From Chlorokybus atmophyticus (Eukaryota > Plantae > Mesostigma and Chlorokybus algae): a DNA stretch of 64,000 nt. Below, piece by piece: positions 27,927-39,750 of this stretch (position 1 is the stretch's first letter; each line of letters opens with the position of its first letter). Both the position numbers and the translations under genes were made by a program. The notes under the pieces are model-generated. The model was given only the letters and a program-made list of their open reading frames with translations. It was not told the DNA's origin and ran no database searches. The DNA is taken from contig RHPI01000401.1 of assembly GCA_009103225.1 (NCBI GenBank), forward strand, positions 184,300-248,299, read 5' to 3'.

Positions 27927-29949
27927 GCTCTACTTTATCTCCAAAGGTGATTATACACAAGTTTTGGTCATATCAATCCAGTTGGCAGTTTGTCAATGTT
28001 GATGGCTTGCATGACATTGATTGTGCCAGTTTCCTGTTGTGCCATTGGTGTTGGATGGTGCTGGTAGTTGCAGGCTGAAAGTCTACGCCAGTACAAACAG
28101 CAACACCAGCACAGCCCAAAGAGTTTGCAAGCTTTGTGACTTGTTGGTCATGCTACGCACTGTTGATCTTCGCCAGAGCTTTTATTTTCCATCCCATTTG
28201 GCGAGGAGTACATGCGGGCGGTGTTGCTGTACTGCCTTTGCCTGTGTTTATTTTTAATGTGCCAGTAGTGTTTCAGCACTGCAACCCCTGTGTCGCGAGG
28301 GCACATTGCACTTGACATATCTTGTGAATGTCAGCCCAGTCGTATTACTTGACACACAAGCCTTTGAATTTTTCCAGCTTCCTTTCTGCAGTTGCTGCAA
28401 AGAAGGGGTGGTGGCATCATATATAGTACAAACGCGTCGACAGGGTGGTTTCCTAACTACAGCACACCAAAAGTGTTGTCCACATGCAGGACCAACACAT
28501 TCACTGAACAACATGATCAGTATGTACATCAGCATCCAGGGTAGCCATGCTTTGTGCCAATCGGCTAACACGACATCAACAAGTCTATGTACGCCGACAC
28601 CGACAGCAGTTCTGATAAGTACCTGCCTCACTCCAGCTATGCACCCATAGAACAGCACGTGCATGTGTGCAAGAAACAGAAACAGTTTCCCCGAGGAAGG
28701 GGTGATTAATGGCTGAATTATGGCTGGATGTCGTGGGGTTCCCAAACATCAACTTTGAGTGCTACAACGTTGTCCTTCAGAGACCCTCTGCTCGGGTCCA
28801 AGATCTCCTGCATCGTGACCTTAGGGAGCCTCCCAAAGTGCCAAACTCGGAGCAGCCTTACTCAACACCTTCTCCCTAAGCTCTGATGTCGCCGCATGCC
28901 AGCATCTTAGAGCAATGGTTACGGGGATGTGTCATTGCAAGCACCCAGAATGCAGCTGATGCACGATGTTGAGACGCCCATCCTTGTCATTGACATGGGT
29001 GAACACGCGTCTTGACACGCGGCGTGACCAACCATCCTGTAAAGCACCACTGCTGGTGGCAACAAGAGACGTGCAACTGCCGCTGACATGCACCCGCCTG
29101 TCGGGAGGACACACTCAGTTACTGGTACACGATATGCCAACAAGTGTCCATGTGAATATTTGCTTCTGAACATACCAGTGGCCATTGTCAGAGGGCTCAG
29201 TCATTTTGGTATGGTTGCTGTGTGTGCTGCAAGGTTGGGAAGTTTGTCAACCGGTAGCGACGGCAAGCGTGGTGCCATCGCGGCCGCCGGTCATGCTTGG
29301 CTTCAATCTCAGCACGGCCGGGTGGTGGTGGAAGTCGCTTGTACAGCAGAAGGCGTCCACAAGCAGCTGCAGGACAGCACTCCTTGCTTTCATGCACCAA
29401 AGGCTCTGCTGACTCTCGCTGAAGTGCATCTGTACACAGGAGTGAACAGCGACAACGACCAAGTCATCATTGCTGATGCCGAGCAACTGCCATGCCAGCT
29501 CACCGGCGGAGACATGGGCCAGCCTCGCAACAGTCAGCAGGCCTGGCAGTGCGTCTTGCCTGGCTCCAGCATCATCATGCTTCGCCTTGCCCAATCAAGA
29601 AAGAACAGCATCCAGCAGCACCTCTGCGTCCGCCACCAGGTCATCTCCGACCAACAAATTCTGGAAGAGCGTACCGCAAATTGTCTTGTAGTATTGTAAT
29701 GCTGTACCAGAGTCGCTGTTGCGATGTCGCAACAACAGCGATTCGTAATGTCAAGCACAGAGAGTCAGCACTCAGACCAGCGATGCATGTGCCATGTTCT
29801 CACGCGGAGTCCTCCAAAGGTTAGCAGCAGAAACAGGTCACTCTGGCTTGCTCTGGCACTGGCATTGTCAACCGCTGGAGGGAGGGAGCAGTAGAAAAGC
29901 TTAGGTCTCATATGTGCAGTCCCAGGTTTGCTGCCTCTGTACACATAGT

Positions 29950-30193
29950 TACTCCGGGTGCTAAGGACGGTGCATACCAGCTGGTCAAGAGTGAGTGTTT
30001 CGTGTCGAGACCTTATGCAGTTGTATGCAATGTTTTTGCAGCTGAAGTAGCATTGCGCTCTGGATGTGAAGCGCTTGTATGGCTCAGGTGGGGCCATGCA
30101 AGCAAAAACCCACTGCCACCGGAGCTGTGCACGCAGCACGGCCTCATTTTCCTTGGCCCTCCTGCTGCTCCCATGGCCGCCTTTGGAGACAAG
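29950..30193 (+). pseudogene. Isolated degenerate exon(s) of homomeric acetyl-CoA carboxylase, biotin carboxylase domain
   Basis: 30042-30193 reads EVALRSGCEALVWLRWGHASKNPLPPELCTQHGLIFLGPPAAPMAAFGDK, versus canonical VWPGWGHASENP...FLGPP..AM.ALGDK; AG/GT splice sites retained; no recognisable downstream ACC exons. Confidence 0.75.
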
Positions 30194-31651
30194 GTACTAC
30201 ACTCTCTTGTGCTCCATTGCTAGACAGCATGCAATGGAAGTTCAACGAGAGCATGAGGATGACGGCAATGATTGGCCATTCTGCAGATTGTCTGTCGAAT
30301 CTACTTGCAGTCTTGTGTGTTGCATTGTGTGCAATGTGTGTGTTGCTGTCGAACACTCTGTGCTGAACATCGTGTGCATGACAGCCGCAACTAGCACCCA
30401 CATGACGTGCTTGTTAACAGGAGAACGGCACGAGCGTGTTGCCATTACGGAAGTAGATTGCCTCAGCAGCGCTGCAGCAACTGGCTGATACCACACAGTT
30501 GGCACCTGAAGGGCAGTTCCTTGCATTGCAGCTGCGCTCGGCTCTGCAGGTGCAAAGAATCGAGGCTCTGCATGCCAGCCAGGGGAGCGCCACAGGCACG
30601 TGAGCTGATGTGCTTGTAGACGTGCAGGCATAGGTGGACCAGATACATACATGACTCTTCTGAACGACGCAGGAGAGGCAGGTTGCGCCATTGCCGCAGC
30701 TTGTCGACATATACGCAAGTGGCCTACAGCATCGTGTCCGGACTGCGGTGACCGCGGCCGGCTGACCGGCTTGAAGAGTACCTCAAGGTGGCCTTCGGTT
30801 TCCCCTGCCAGTACATGTTGGCTGCGTTGTTCTATGACCATGGAGGTGACGTGTACATGGATGATCTGTTTGGAGAGAAGCATCCTGATGCCGATGATGT
30901 TATCAACCTTCGCCAGAGCCCATTGAAAATGTGCTGGAAGTGTAACAATTGGGGCCCGACCACTAGGCTATGGTAGTAAAAGACACTACTATGAGTGAGG
31001 TTTGTCACAATTGATGTAACGATGCTCGTGCTCACATACACAGCACACAAGTCATACAACACATGTGTGCAGCTGAGCACAATCTTCACACTGGAACCTT
31101 GCCTTCACTCGCGCACGCACGCACGCGTCGAGCGCGCACACGCACACGAACACTACTACTTCTCACGCCAAGCAAGAACGCAGCAGTGTGCCTTGGACCA
31201 CAACTCCCTCAAGCATGCACCAGCATACTCACAGCAGAGAGCAGAAAACAAAGTTGGTTGCATTACACAGGGTTTTTCTATTTATACAAGCACTAGGAAG
31301 AAATAGCCTAATTAACAGGCATTTCATTATTCACTACCAAATCTAAAGGCAGGTCCAAGTGCAGGCTCCCCGCCACGCGCGTTGGGCCTTCGGCGGCTGT
31401 GTGACTGTGCACTCCGCGTCACCTGGCACTGCACAGCGCGTGTCCAGTCAGCGGCTGTGTCACAACCGCGTGGCAGGTGGGTCACGTCGCCGAATTAGCT
31501 GCTGTCGAGCAGGTCGCAGGCGAGTCGCGCGCGGCAGCAGGGGCAGGCGCCACATGGGCTTAATAAAGCTCATAAAAGCCCTCATCAAGCCAGCAAAAAA
31601 GGCAAAATAAGTACTTTATGTACAATAAAATACAAACAATGCCCCAGGCTG

Positions 31652-34600
31652 TTACACCCCTTCCCCCCCGGGGGAGCTTCGTCCTCGAAGCTGACGACTG
31701 CCTCCTTTGGCCTTGTAGTCTTGCAAGACCTGTTTGGCATTGGTAAAGCTCTCCTCGGGCTCGTATGTCGCCTCGTGCATTGGATAGCCACGCCACTTCA
31801 CCAAATACTTGCGCACGCCTCGGATCAGCTTGTCCGTGACAATTGCTTCCACTTCCCACTCAGCCTCACCTTCACGAACCACATCTGGAGGCGGACGAGC
31901 TGGTGGCTCCCCTCGATAACCTTTAAGAAGCGAGACATGAAAAACAGGGTGCACATGCATGGTATTGGGCAGCTCCAGCTTGTAGGCCACCTTCGAGATG
32001 ACCTTGATCACTTTAAAGGGCCCAAACCATCGCTCACTCAGCTTGCGCACCCCCGTGACCAGCTGCACATGCTTGGTTGAAAGCATTACAAGGTCACCCT
32101 CCTCGAACACAACATCCTTGCGACGCGCATCGGCGTATTGCTTTTGCCGGTTTTGCGCCACAAGCAGAGCCTCTCGAGCTGCCTTGGTAATGTCGGCACA
32201 CCTTTCAAGAAAGCCGTCCACGGCCTCCACATCTGAACTTTGCATGCTAGGCACCCACGCCGTCAATGGCGTCAATGGATGTTGCCCATAGTTCATAAGG
32301 AAAGGTGTCACGCCCGTGCTTGCACTCTTGTGGTTGTTAATGGTGAACTCGATCAGCTCCAGCATGTCTCCCCAATTGTCTTGCCGGCTGTTCACATAGC
32401 ACCGTAGCATGTCTTCGATGACGCGGTTGGCGCGCTCCGTTTGGCCGTCCGTTTCAGGGTGGTACGCGGTGCTGAACTTCAAGCTCGTGCCTAGAGTTGC
32501 GTGGAGAGCTCTCCAAAAGTTGCCAGTAAACCGCGGGTCTCTATCACTGATAATGCTTCTTGGAAGGCCATGAGAGCGCACCACATGCTTGATGAACAAC
32601 TTGGCAGCCTCGGGAGCTGTGCAAGTCTCCGTACATGGCGCCAATCGCACCATTTTGCTAGTCTTGTCCACAAACACCAAGATAGCATCATGCCCTTCAC
32701 GTGTCCGTGGCAGCCCCGTGATGAAGTCAAGAGTAACTTGCTCCCACTTCGTCAAAGGTATCGGCAATGGTTGGCAGCAGCCCACTGGCGCGTTGATTGC
32801 TCGCCTTCACCCTTTTACAAGTGTCGCACAATGCCACATAGTCCTTAACGTCACGATGCATCTCCGACCAGAAAAATTTCTGTTTCAACAAGGCTAGTGT
32901 CCGTTCCAGCCCTTAATGACCAGCCATTGGCACATCATGCGCTTCCTTCATCAATGCCACGCGCATGTGCGCAATGTTGGGTATGTACATGCGATCGCCA
33001 TGCCATAGCAGCCCGTCCTTCATTGCCCAAAGGCCGCTATGTTCAGTCCCTTTCTCCAACGCCTCAATGGTCTTCTCCCCGACCGCGTCCTCATGCAACA
33101 AGGCACGGATCTGGTCAATCCACTTGGGCTGCACTTGCACCACCGTTTCAAGCGCGTTGAGTTGACGGCTTAATGCGTCCGCAACCTTATTTGAAGAGCC
33201 CGGCTTGTACTTCACTTCAAAGTCGAAGAGTTGGAAGAACTCGAGCCAACGAGCTTGCCGCCGTGAGAGGTGAGGCTGCGTTTGAAGGTACCTTAATGGC
33301 GAGTGGTCCGTCTCAAGTGTGAACCGCTTGCCTTCAAGGAAACAACGCCATTGCCGTAGCGCTAGCACCTGCGCCAGCAATTCCTTCTCATGAACGGGGT
33401 AGTTGAGCTCAGCCCCGCTCATCTTCTTGCTGAAATAGGCCACCGGTTGCAAGCCGTTGCCGTGATCCTGCTGCAAAACAGCCCCAATAGCCTTGTCGGA
33501 CGCATCACACGCCACCACAAAGGGCAATTGCATGTTGGGATGCAGCAGCACGGGAGCCGATGTCAGGGCCTCTTTCAAGTCGGAAAATGCCTTTGTTGCA
33601 GCCTCCGACCAGCTCCAAGCCACCCCCTTCCTCAACAATGCCGTCAATGGTGCCGCCAAGTGCGAAAAGCCCTTTACAAACTTACGATAGTAGCCGGCAA
33701 GCCCTAGGAACGACATGACACCCTTCACGTCCTTCGGGGCAGCCCAAACGCGCACCGCGGCAAGCTTGCTTGGATCTGCGTTGATTCCTTGCTTGGATAC
33801 AATGTGGCCAAGGTACTCTACCTCTTCAAGCAAGAAGCGGCACTTGTTGAGCTGAGCAAACAACTTGTGTGTACGTGAACGCTGCATCACCTCGTGTAGC
33901 AATGCCACGTGCTCTCTCTTGCTTTTTGTGTACACAAGGATGTCGTCGAGGTACACTAGCACGCCCTTGCCAATCAGATCAGCAAAGACCTCATTCATCA
34001 AGGATTCAAAGGTTGCCGGAGCATTTGTCATGCCAAAGGACATCACCAACCACTCATAGTGGCCATAGCGAGTGTTGAAAGCCGTCTTCTCAACGTCTTC
34101 GGGCGCAACACGGATCTGATGGTAGCCACCAGCTAGGTCCAAGCTTGAGAAGAACTCAGCACCCTCGAGCTGCTCCAACAACTCATCAATGCGTGGCAAA
34201 GGGAACACATTCTTCTTGGTGATGTTGTTGAGTGGCCGATAGTCGATGCACATGCGCAAGGCTCCGCTCTTCTTACGTACAAATAGGATAGGTGCACCGT
34301 AAGGAGACTTGCTGTGCCTGATGTACCCACGTTGTAGAAGGTCCTCGACTTGGCTCCTCGCCTCTTCGAGTTCAGCCGGAGACAACTTGTACACCGGTCG
34401 GTACGGCGGCTTGTGCACGCCCTCTATCAGTTCCACACGGTGATCAACACTTCGCGTGGGTGGCAGACCAGCTGGTAGCCCATCCACCATGACGTCTTTG
34501 AACTCTTCAAGCAACCTCTGCACCTCGGGGTCCTTCGAACTCTCCGAACCAGTGCCGACCAGCTCCAAGTCCGACTTGGGAGGTGTCTCACGCACCATGC

Positions 34601-35339
34601 ACAGCCATGCATCCTTCACATTGTTCCCGGACCAGATCTGCTCCATCTTGGTCTTAGAAACTTGTGACACCAGCTCTGGAACCCCTCCCCTTGAGCTAGA
34701 AGCATGTTGTGGTGCAGCTTGCTGGCGCGCCGTCGTGTCGTGCGCGTCACGCGCATGCAGCACATTGCTAGCAGCCTCGACGCAGCTCACACGCTCTTGA
34801 ACCACACACGCGCCTTGCATTGAAGCATTGAAGCACATCAAAACCTCACCACCAGCTTCCGGGGTAGTGAGCACCCGCTTCCTCCAATCAATGGCGGGGT
34901 TATGTGACCAAAGCCAAGGCAGCCCCAAAATGCCATCAAAGCCGTTGTTCAGCTCGATGCAGCAAAACCGTAGGCGATCCTTCATCATCCCCACGTGCAT
35001 TTCAAGCTCTTTGCTTTGCTTGGAAGCTCCTCCTGCTGGCGCATAGCCGTCCGCTAGAGCCACCGAGCCGGCATTTGCCCATGACAACCACTTGTGCCGA
35101 CGCGCAACCTCACGACTCATGAAATTGCTGTTCGCGCCGCAATCCACCAGCATCTTGCACTCCATCCATGGCCCATTGCCCTCACGGATCAGAGCCATGA
35201 CTCCCAACAGCTGCCTCGCCTTGTCGGGCACTCGAACCATACCGCTTTGCGTTGCCGTTGCGCACATGCCGCCAACCGTCAACAACGCTTCCACGCCAGC
35301 CGCTGGACATTCAACATCATAGTGAGGCTGCATCACCAC
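31652..35339 (-). CDS. Chromovirus Pol (protease, RT, RNase H, integrase, chromodomain), broken by a TAA at 32913-32915 and a frameshift near 32777
   Basis: LVDCGANSNF, RMCIDYRPLN, YLDDILVY, CDASDKAIGAVL, H..C..C zinc-binding region, TAYHPETDGQTER, GPFKVI, WEVEAIV...YLVKWRGY. Confidence 0.95.
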
Positions 35340-35359
35340 CTCAGCAGGAGCCTCTCCAG

Positions 35360-36406
35360 CTACTGAGGTGAGCCGTTTCCCGGCTGCAACATCTCCTCCT
35401 CCACCATGTTCACGCGTCCACCGCTGCGAGCGTTGCGGGCATGTGCAGCAGACTTTGCCTTATAGATAGGGCAGTTGGAGCGCACGTGATCAGCAGAAGA
35501 GCACTCCCAGCACTTCCGAACAGCCTTGGCAGCCTCCCGACCCTTTGGGGCCTTCATAGCAACATGGAGCGCACCCAATTCCATTGGAGTTGGTCCCAAG
35601 CCAGCCCCCTGAGTTGCTGCAGCTCCCGAACCAGCCCCAACAGATGCGTATGAGCGATACGAACCTCCACGGAAGTGATTGTAATGTCCACGATCAGTGT
35701 TTTTGGCAGCCCCCTTGAAGTACAACACGTCCGTGCGCTCAGCAATGCGAATGGCCTCCGCGAGAGTCTTGGCGTCACGAAGCTCAACTTCCTTGCGACA
35801 AAGAGTCTTCAACCCGCGCGTGTAGCGGTCCAGCTGCTCCTCCTCAGTCATGTTCGGTACAGAGAGCACAAGACGCTGAAACGCAGAGGTATAGGCCATC
35901 ACGGACTGCGTTTGCACAAGCGTAGAGAGCTGGTCGCGTGCCGTCTTCACACTCTCCACCGGTACGAACTGTTTCTTCACCTCAGCAGCCAGCTCAGCCA
36001 CGGTAGTGAAAGGAACCTCAAGACCAGCTTCCACACGAGCACAACGATGACGCCACCACACAAGTGCAGCTCCCTCAAAGAAAGTAGCAGCCACATCGAC
36101 ACGGAGATGTATAGGTACCTCGGTGAGCTTTAACCATGTCGAAACGGCAAACACCCACTCCTCCACACAGTCACCGTCCCTCTGACCCTTGAATGGCTTT
36201 GGTTTTGGTAGCTTCACATGACGAGAGGCTGATGGGGCAACCACAGGAGCTGTAACGGGCGTGGACGCGCGCGCTTGCGCCATGGCTTGTTGAAATTGTG
36301 CCGCTTGAGCTTGGGCAGATGCTTGGACACGTTGCAGCTCCTCATGAGCAGCTACCAGCACTTGCTGAAGCTCCACAACACGTGCATCATCCATGGTAGC
36401 GTCCAT
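35360..36406 (-). CDS. Chromovirus Gag with CCHC zinc knuckle
   Basis: Retrotrans_gag-like core (LVQTQSVMAYTSAF), GPTPMELG and CWECSSADHVRSNC. Confidence 0.92.
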   Translation of the reverse strand: MDATMDDARVVELQQVLVAAHEELQRVQASAQAQAAQFQQAMAQARASTPVTAPVVAPSASRHVKLPKPKPFKGQRDGDCVEEWVFAVSTWLKLTEVPIHLRVDVAATFFEGAALVWWRHRCARVEAGLEVPFTTVAELAAEVKKQFVPVESVKTARDQLSTLVQTQSVMAYTSAFQRLVLSVPNMTEEEQLDRYTRGLKTLCRKEVELRDAKTLAEAIRIAERTDVLYFKGAAKNTDRGHYNHFRGGSYRSYASVGAGSGAAATQGAGLGPTPMELGALHVAMKAPKGREAAKAVRKCWECSSADHVRSNCPIYKAKSAAHARNARSGGRVNMVEEEMLQPGNGSPQ

Positions 36407-39400
36407 AAACAGAAAAATACCTCACACACCAAAGAGATAGTTAATATCCCCTTAAAACAAGAAACCCAACCCCTCCAAGGGCTCCGATACCACTGTAACG
36501 ATGCTCGTGCTCACATACACAGCACACAAGTCATACAACACATGTGTGCAGCTGAGCACAATCTTCACACCGGAACCTTGCCTTCACTCGCGCACGCACG
36601 CACGCGTCGAGCGCGCCCACGCACACGAACACTACTACTTCTCACGCCAAGCAAGAACGCAGCAGTGTGCCTTGGACCACAACTCCCTCAAGCATGCACC
36701 AGCATACTCACAGCAGAGAGCAGAAAACAAAGTTGGTTGCATTACACAGGGTTTTTCTATTTATACAAGCACTAGGAAGAAATAGCCTAATTAACAGGCA
36801 TTTCATTATTCACTACCAAATCTAAAGGCAGGTCCAAGTGCAGGCTCCCCGCCACGCGCGTTGGGCCTTCGGCGGCTGTGTGACTGTGCACTCCGCGTCA
36901 CCTGGCACTGCACAGCGCGTGTCCAGTCAGCGGCTGTGTCACAACCGCGTGGCAGGTGGGTCACATCGCCGAATTAGCTGCTGCCGAGCAGGTCGCAGGC
37001 GAGTCGCGCGCGGCAGCAAGGGCAGGCGCCACATGGGCTTAATAAAGCTCATAAAAGCCCTCATCAAGCCAGCAAAAAAGGCAAAATAAGTACTTTATGT
37101 ACAATAAAATACAAAAAATGCCCCAGGCTGTTACACCCCTTCCCCCNATTTACCCCAATTCGTGACATTCCTCCCCAATTTAACCCATAAGTTCCATAAT
37201 CCAATGAGGCACTAGCCCACGTCGCCGTGTTTGCGACCGTAGCACGATCGGTCTGCTCGCGGCCTGTTGGATCCGGCCTACGAATGGTCTTGACCGACCG
37301 AACGGCCATTCTCACCACGCGACCTGCCATTGGGCCGCGACCGCTTACGCGGCGTTAAGTTGAACTGGCTCGGCGCGCAGGTTGTAATCCCGCGCCCAAC
37401 CTAGGGCAAGCCGCCCCAAATGTTTTGTTTTTTGGCCTTGGATCTGCCTCAGTTCCCTACGGGAATTAAACCTGAGACGTCAAGCTCCGTTACCATTGTA
37501 ACAATTGGGGCCCGACCACTAGGCTATGGTAGTAAAAGACACTACCATGAGTGAGGTTTGTCACAATCTATCCCAATTCGTGGCAGGAAGGGCTGCTTGC
37601 GTCCACACAGCATGAATTGCAATGCACGTTATTGCAATACATTCAACGACTGCATCAGGTAGTCTTAATGGGTTTAACCGTGACACCACACGTCACTCAG
37701 ACTGAGGCATACTGCACGGTGCCATAACGAGTGGTACTTTACGGATTGTACACAAAGGATACGGCCGGAGCATAGCCACCCAGCATTGCTTTCAGCTGAA
37801 AGCATTGCTTGTCATGGACTAGCACGCAAATTGGATGTAGCATGACACTCTGGCAACCAACTAGAGTTGCATGCTGCTGCTGCTGCCTGCTCGGTCGTGC
37901 ATTGCTGATGCTTTCATGGCTGCTTAGCAAGCTTGCAAAGACGGCAAGATTGTGATGAAACATGTCGTTGAGTGACCTCCATGGAAGACGGCCTGTGCAA
38001 GGCTTTCTGAAGGTTGATCATGCAGATGGTCTGGTAGTTAGCACCTCCGCATATCCCCCCTAATTGTGCAGTTACCGTTGTTGACTGTCTGTTCAATTTA
38101 TGCGGGTTCCACACGTAATGGATAAGCCTATGCCAAGACGCTTCAAGCCAAGTTGGTGAGTGCATCGAGGAGTTGCAGAAGGCCCTTCGGGATACGACAT
38201 GTCTGGTGGCAGCCTGACTTACTTTACAGTCTGCATCATGTTGCACCGCAGTGATGGATTGTCCCCTCTACGATACACATTGCACCTTGCGTCTCTGAAC
38301 CTAGCATTACGAGCCATGGAGTTGGCAATGGCACAGCAGTTGGAACCTCCCAAACTCGCTCGCAGCTGTAAGCTCCCACTGCCATGTTCAATTGCAACTT
38401 GTTGTGCACACAAGGAAGTTTCTGAGTTAACAAGTGCATTGATGTATGGCTCTGCAAGCAAGTCGTAAACGGTCAGCCAGTCGCGCAACTGGCATTGCCA
38501 TGCACAATTAAGCCCCGCTGAAAGTGCCATAATGCCCCATTTGCAAGATCTGCCACGGGTTTACGCCCTTAGGTATTACAATCGTTAACTTTATTATAAA
38601 TATATATTATAGTGCTGATGCTTGAGATTGACTGCTTGATTGGCACTAGGAGTGTTACTTGTGTTGAGGTCTGGCAACATGGGCTGATATGCTCAACTGC
38701 AGCACACATCAACTATGTTCACACATTCCTGGCTCTTGCACCAACATTTGTGCTGCGCATGGGCAATGATGCCGCGGTGGAGGTAAAAGCACTCAAAGCT
38801 GCAGCAGCATCACTACGTACTATAGCTGCCAACATGGTGGTCTGTTTATGCGCTATGATGTAGAAGTGGATGCGGAGTTACTCAATTGGAGCTACGAGAA
38901 AAATTGCAAAGCTAGTGGTGGCCAATTGTCAAGCAATGCTAAAAATGTCCACTTGGCGCGTCGTAGCACCAAGCTTAAGCGCATATATCAACATTAAGAT
39001 AAGCACCTTGACGTTAAATGGTCTGCTGCAAATTATCTAGGTAGGTGCTTTAATACGTTTCACGCAGCATCGTTGTTATAACATGATTACATTCTTGTTG
39101 ATGTTAATTGTATTGCACGCTGCCTTGTGCTAATGTCAATGCAGGGCCAAGCCCTTGCAATCAGGACCAGTCATTATGACTTCATTGAGCAAATGGCACG
39201 AACGGATGCACATGCAGCATGCGACATACCAGCTGCGTCAACATAAGTTACACTGCCCGAAGATACGGATTTATATAAGCTGATGTGCAATGATTCCACT
39301 GCAAGGTGCGGCCGGTTGTGAAGTTAGAACCTTGCAACGCCAGCGCGGCCAGCGACAAGAGCTCGAACGACGCCGTTACCGAAATGTGTGGAGATAACAA

Positions 39401-39467
39401 TCTTAGAGAACAATTGTGCTTACAGTAATTGATACAACTAATCTATGCACGTTGATGTGACTCAACT

Positions 39468-39550
39468 GCCGAGATGGCCGAGCGGTCTAAGGCGCCACGC
39501 TCAAGACGTGGTCCACAATGTGGGCGTGGGTTCGAACCCCACTCTCGGCA
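39468..39550 (+). tRNA. trnL-CAA: tRNA-Leu(CAA), intronless, 83 nt
   Basis: Acceptor GCCGAGA/TCTCGGC+A; D-loop TGGCCGAGCGGTCTAAGG; anticodon arm CCACG-CTCAAGA-CGTGG; variable arm CCAC-AAT-GTGG; T arm GTGGG-TTCGAAC-CCCAC. Confidence 0.96.
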
Positions 39551-39553
39551 AAA

Positions 39554-39739
39554 GTTGTTCCGACATTTAGCACCGCGATTTGTGGGCTCTTTGCCCTGCA
39601 CGCCTGGGTGGAACAATCTTGCAAACGTCTTACCGCGCGGAATGCCGACGTTGTTCCGACATTTGACACCGCGATCTGCGGGCTCTTGCCCTGCACGCCT
39701 GGGTGGAACAATCTTGCAAACACCTTACCGCGCGGAATG
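39554..39739 (+). repeat. Two ~96-bp tandem units directly downstream of the tRNA
   Basis: GTTGTTCCGACATTT...GGTGGAACAATCTTGCAAAC...CCGCGCGGAATG starts at 39554 and again at 39650. Confidence 0.9.
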
Positions 39740-39750
39740 TTACGGAAGTG

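Larger units (their letters stand above)
31015..37135 (-). mobile_element. Ty3/gypsy chromovirus LTR retrotransposon, full length
   Basis: 642-bp LTRs at 31015-31656 and 36494-37135 (~6 mismatches); PBS TGGTATCGGAGCC (tRNA-iMet); PPT GGGGGGGAAGGGG; domain order gag-PR-RT-RH-INT-chromodomain. Confidence 0.97.
30941..37585 (-). mobile_element. TRIM (miniature non-autonomous LTR element, ~0.5 kb) interrupted by a chromovirus
   Basis: 89-bp LTR at 37497-37585; the other LTR is split into 30941-31014 and ~37148-37167. Termini TGTAACAATTGGGG...CCCCAATTCGTGACA; PPT (TTCCTCCCC on +) at 37168; PBS TGGTAACGGAGC ending 37495; TSD GGAAG at 30936-30940 and 37586-37590. Confidence 0.88.

Noticed and set aside
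29400-29560. Minus-strand HVSAGELAWQLLG, reminiscent of a Helitron Rep motif (YVS..EA.WR)
   Set aside because: The surrounding sequence lacks other Rep/helicase motifs and no TC...CTRR ends or 3' hairpin were found; similarity is too weak.
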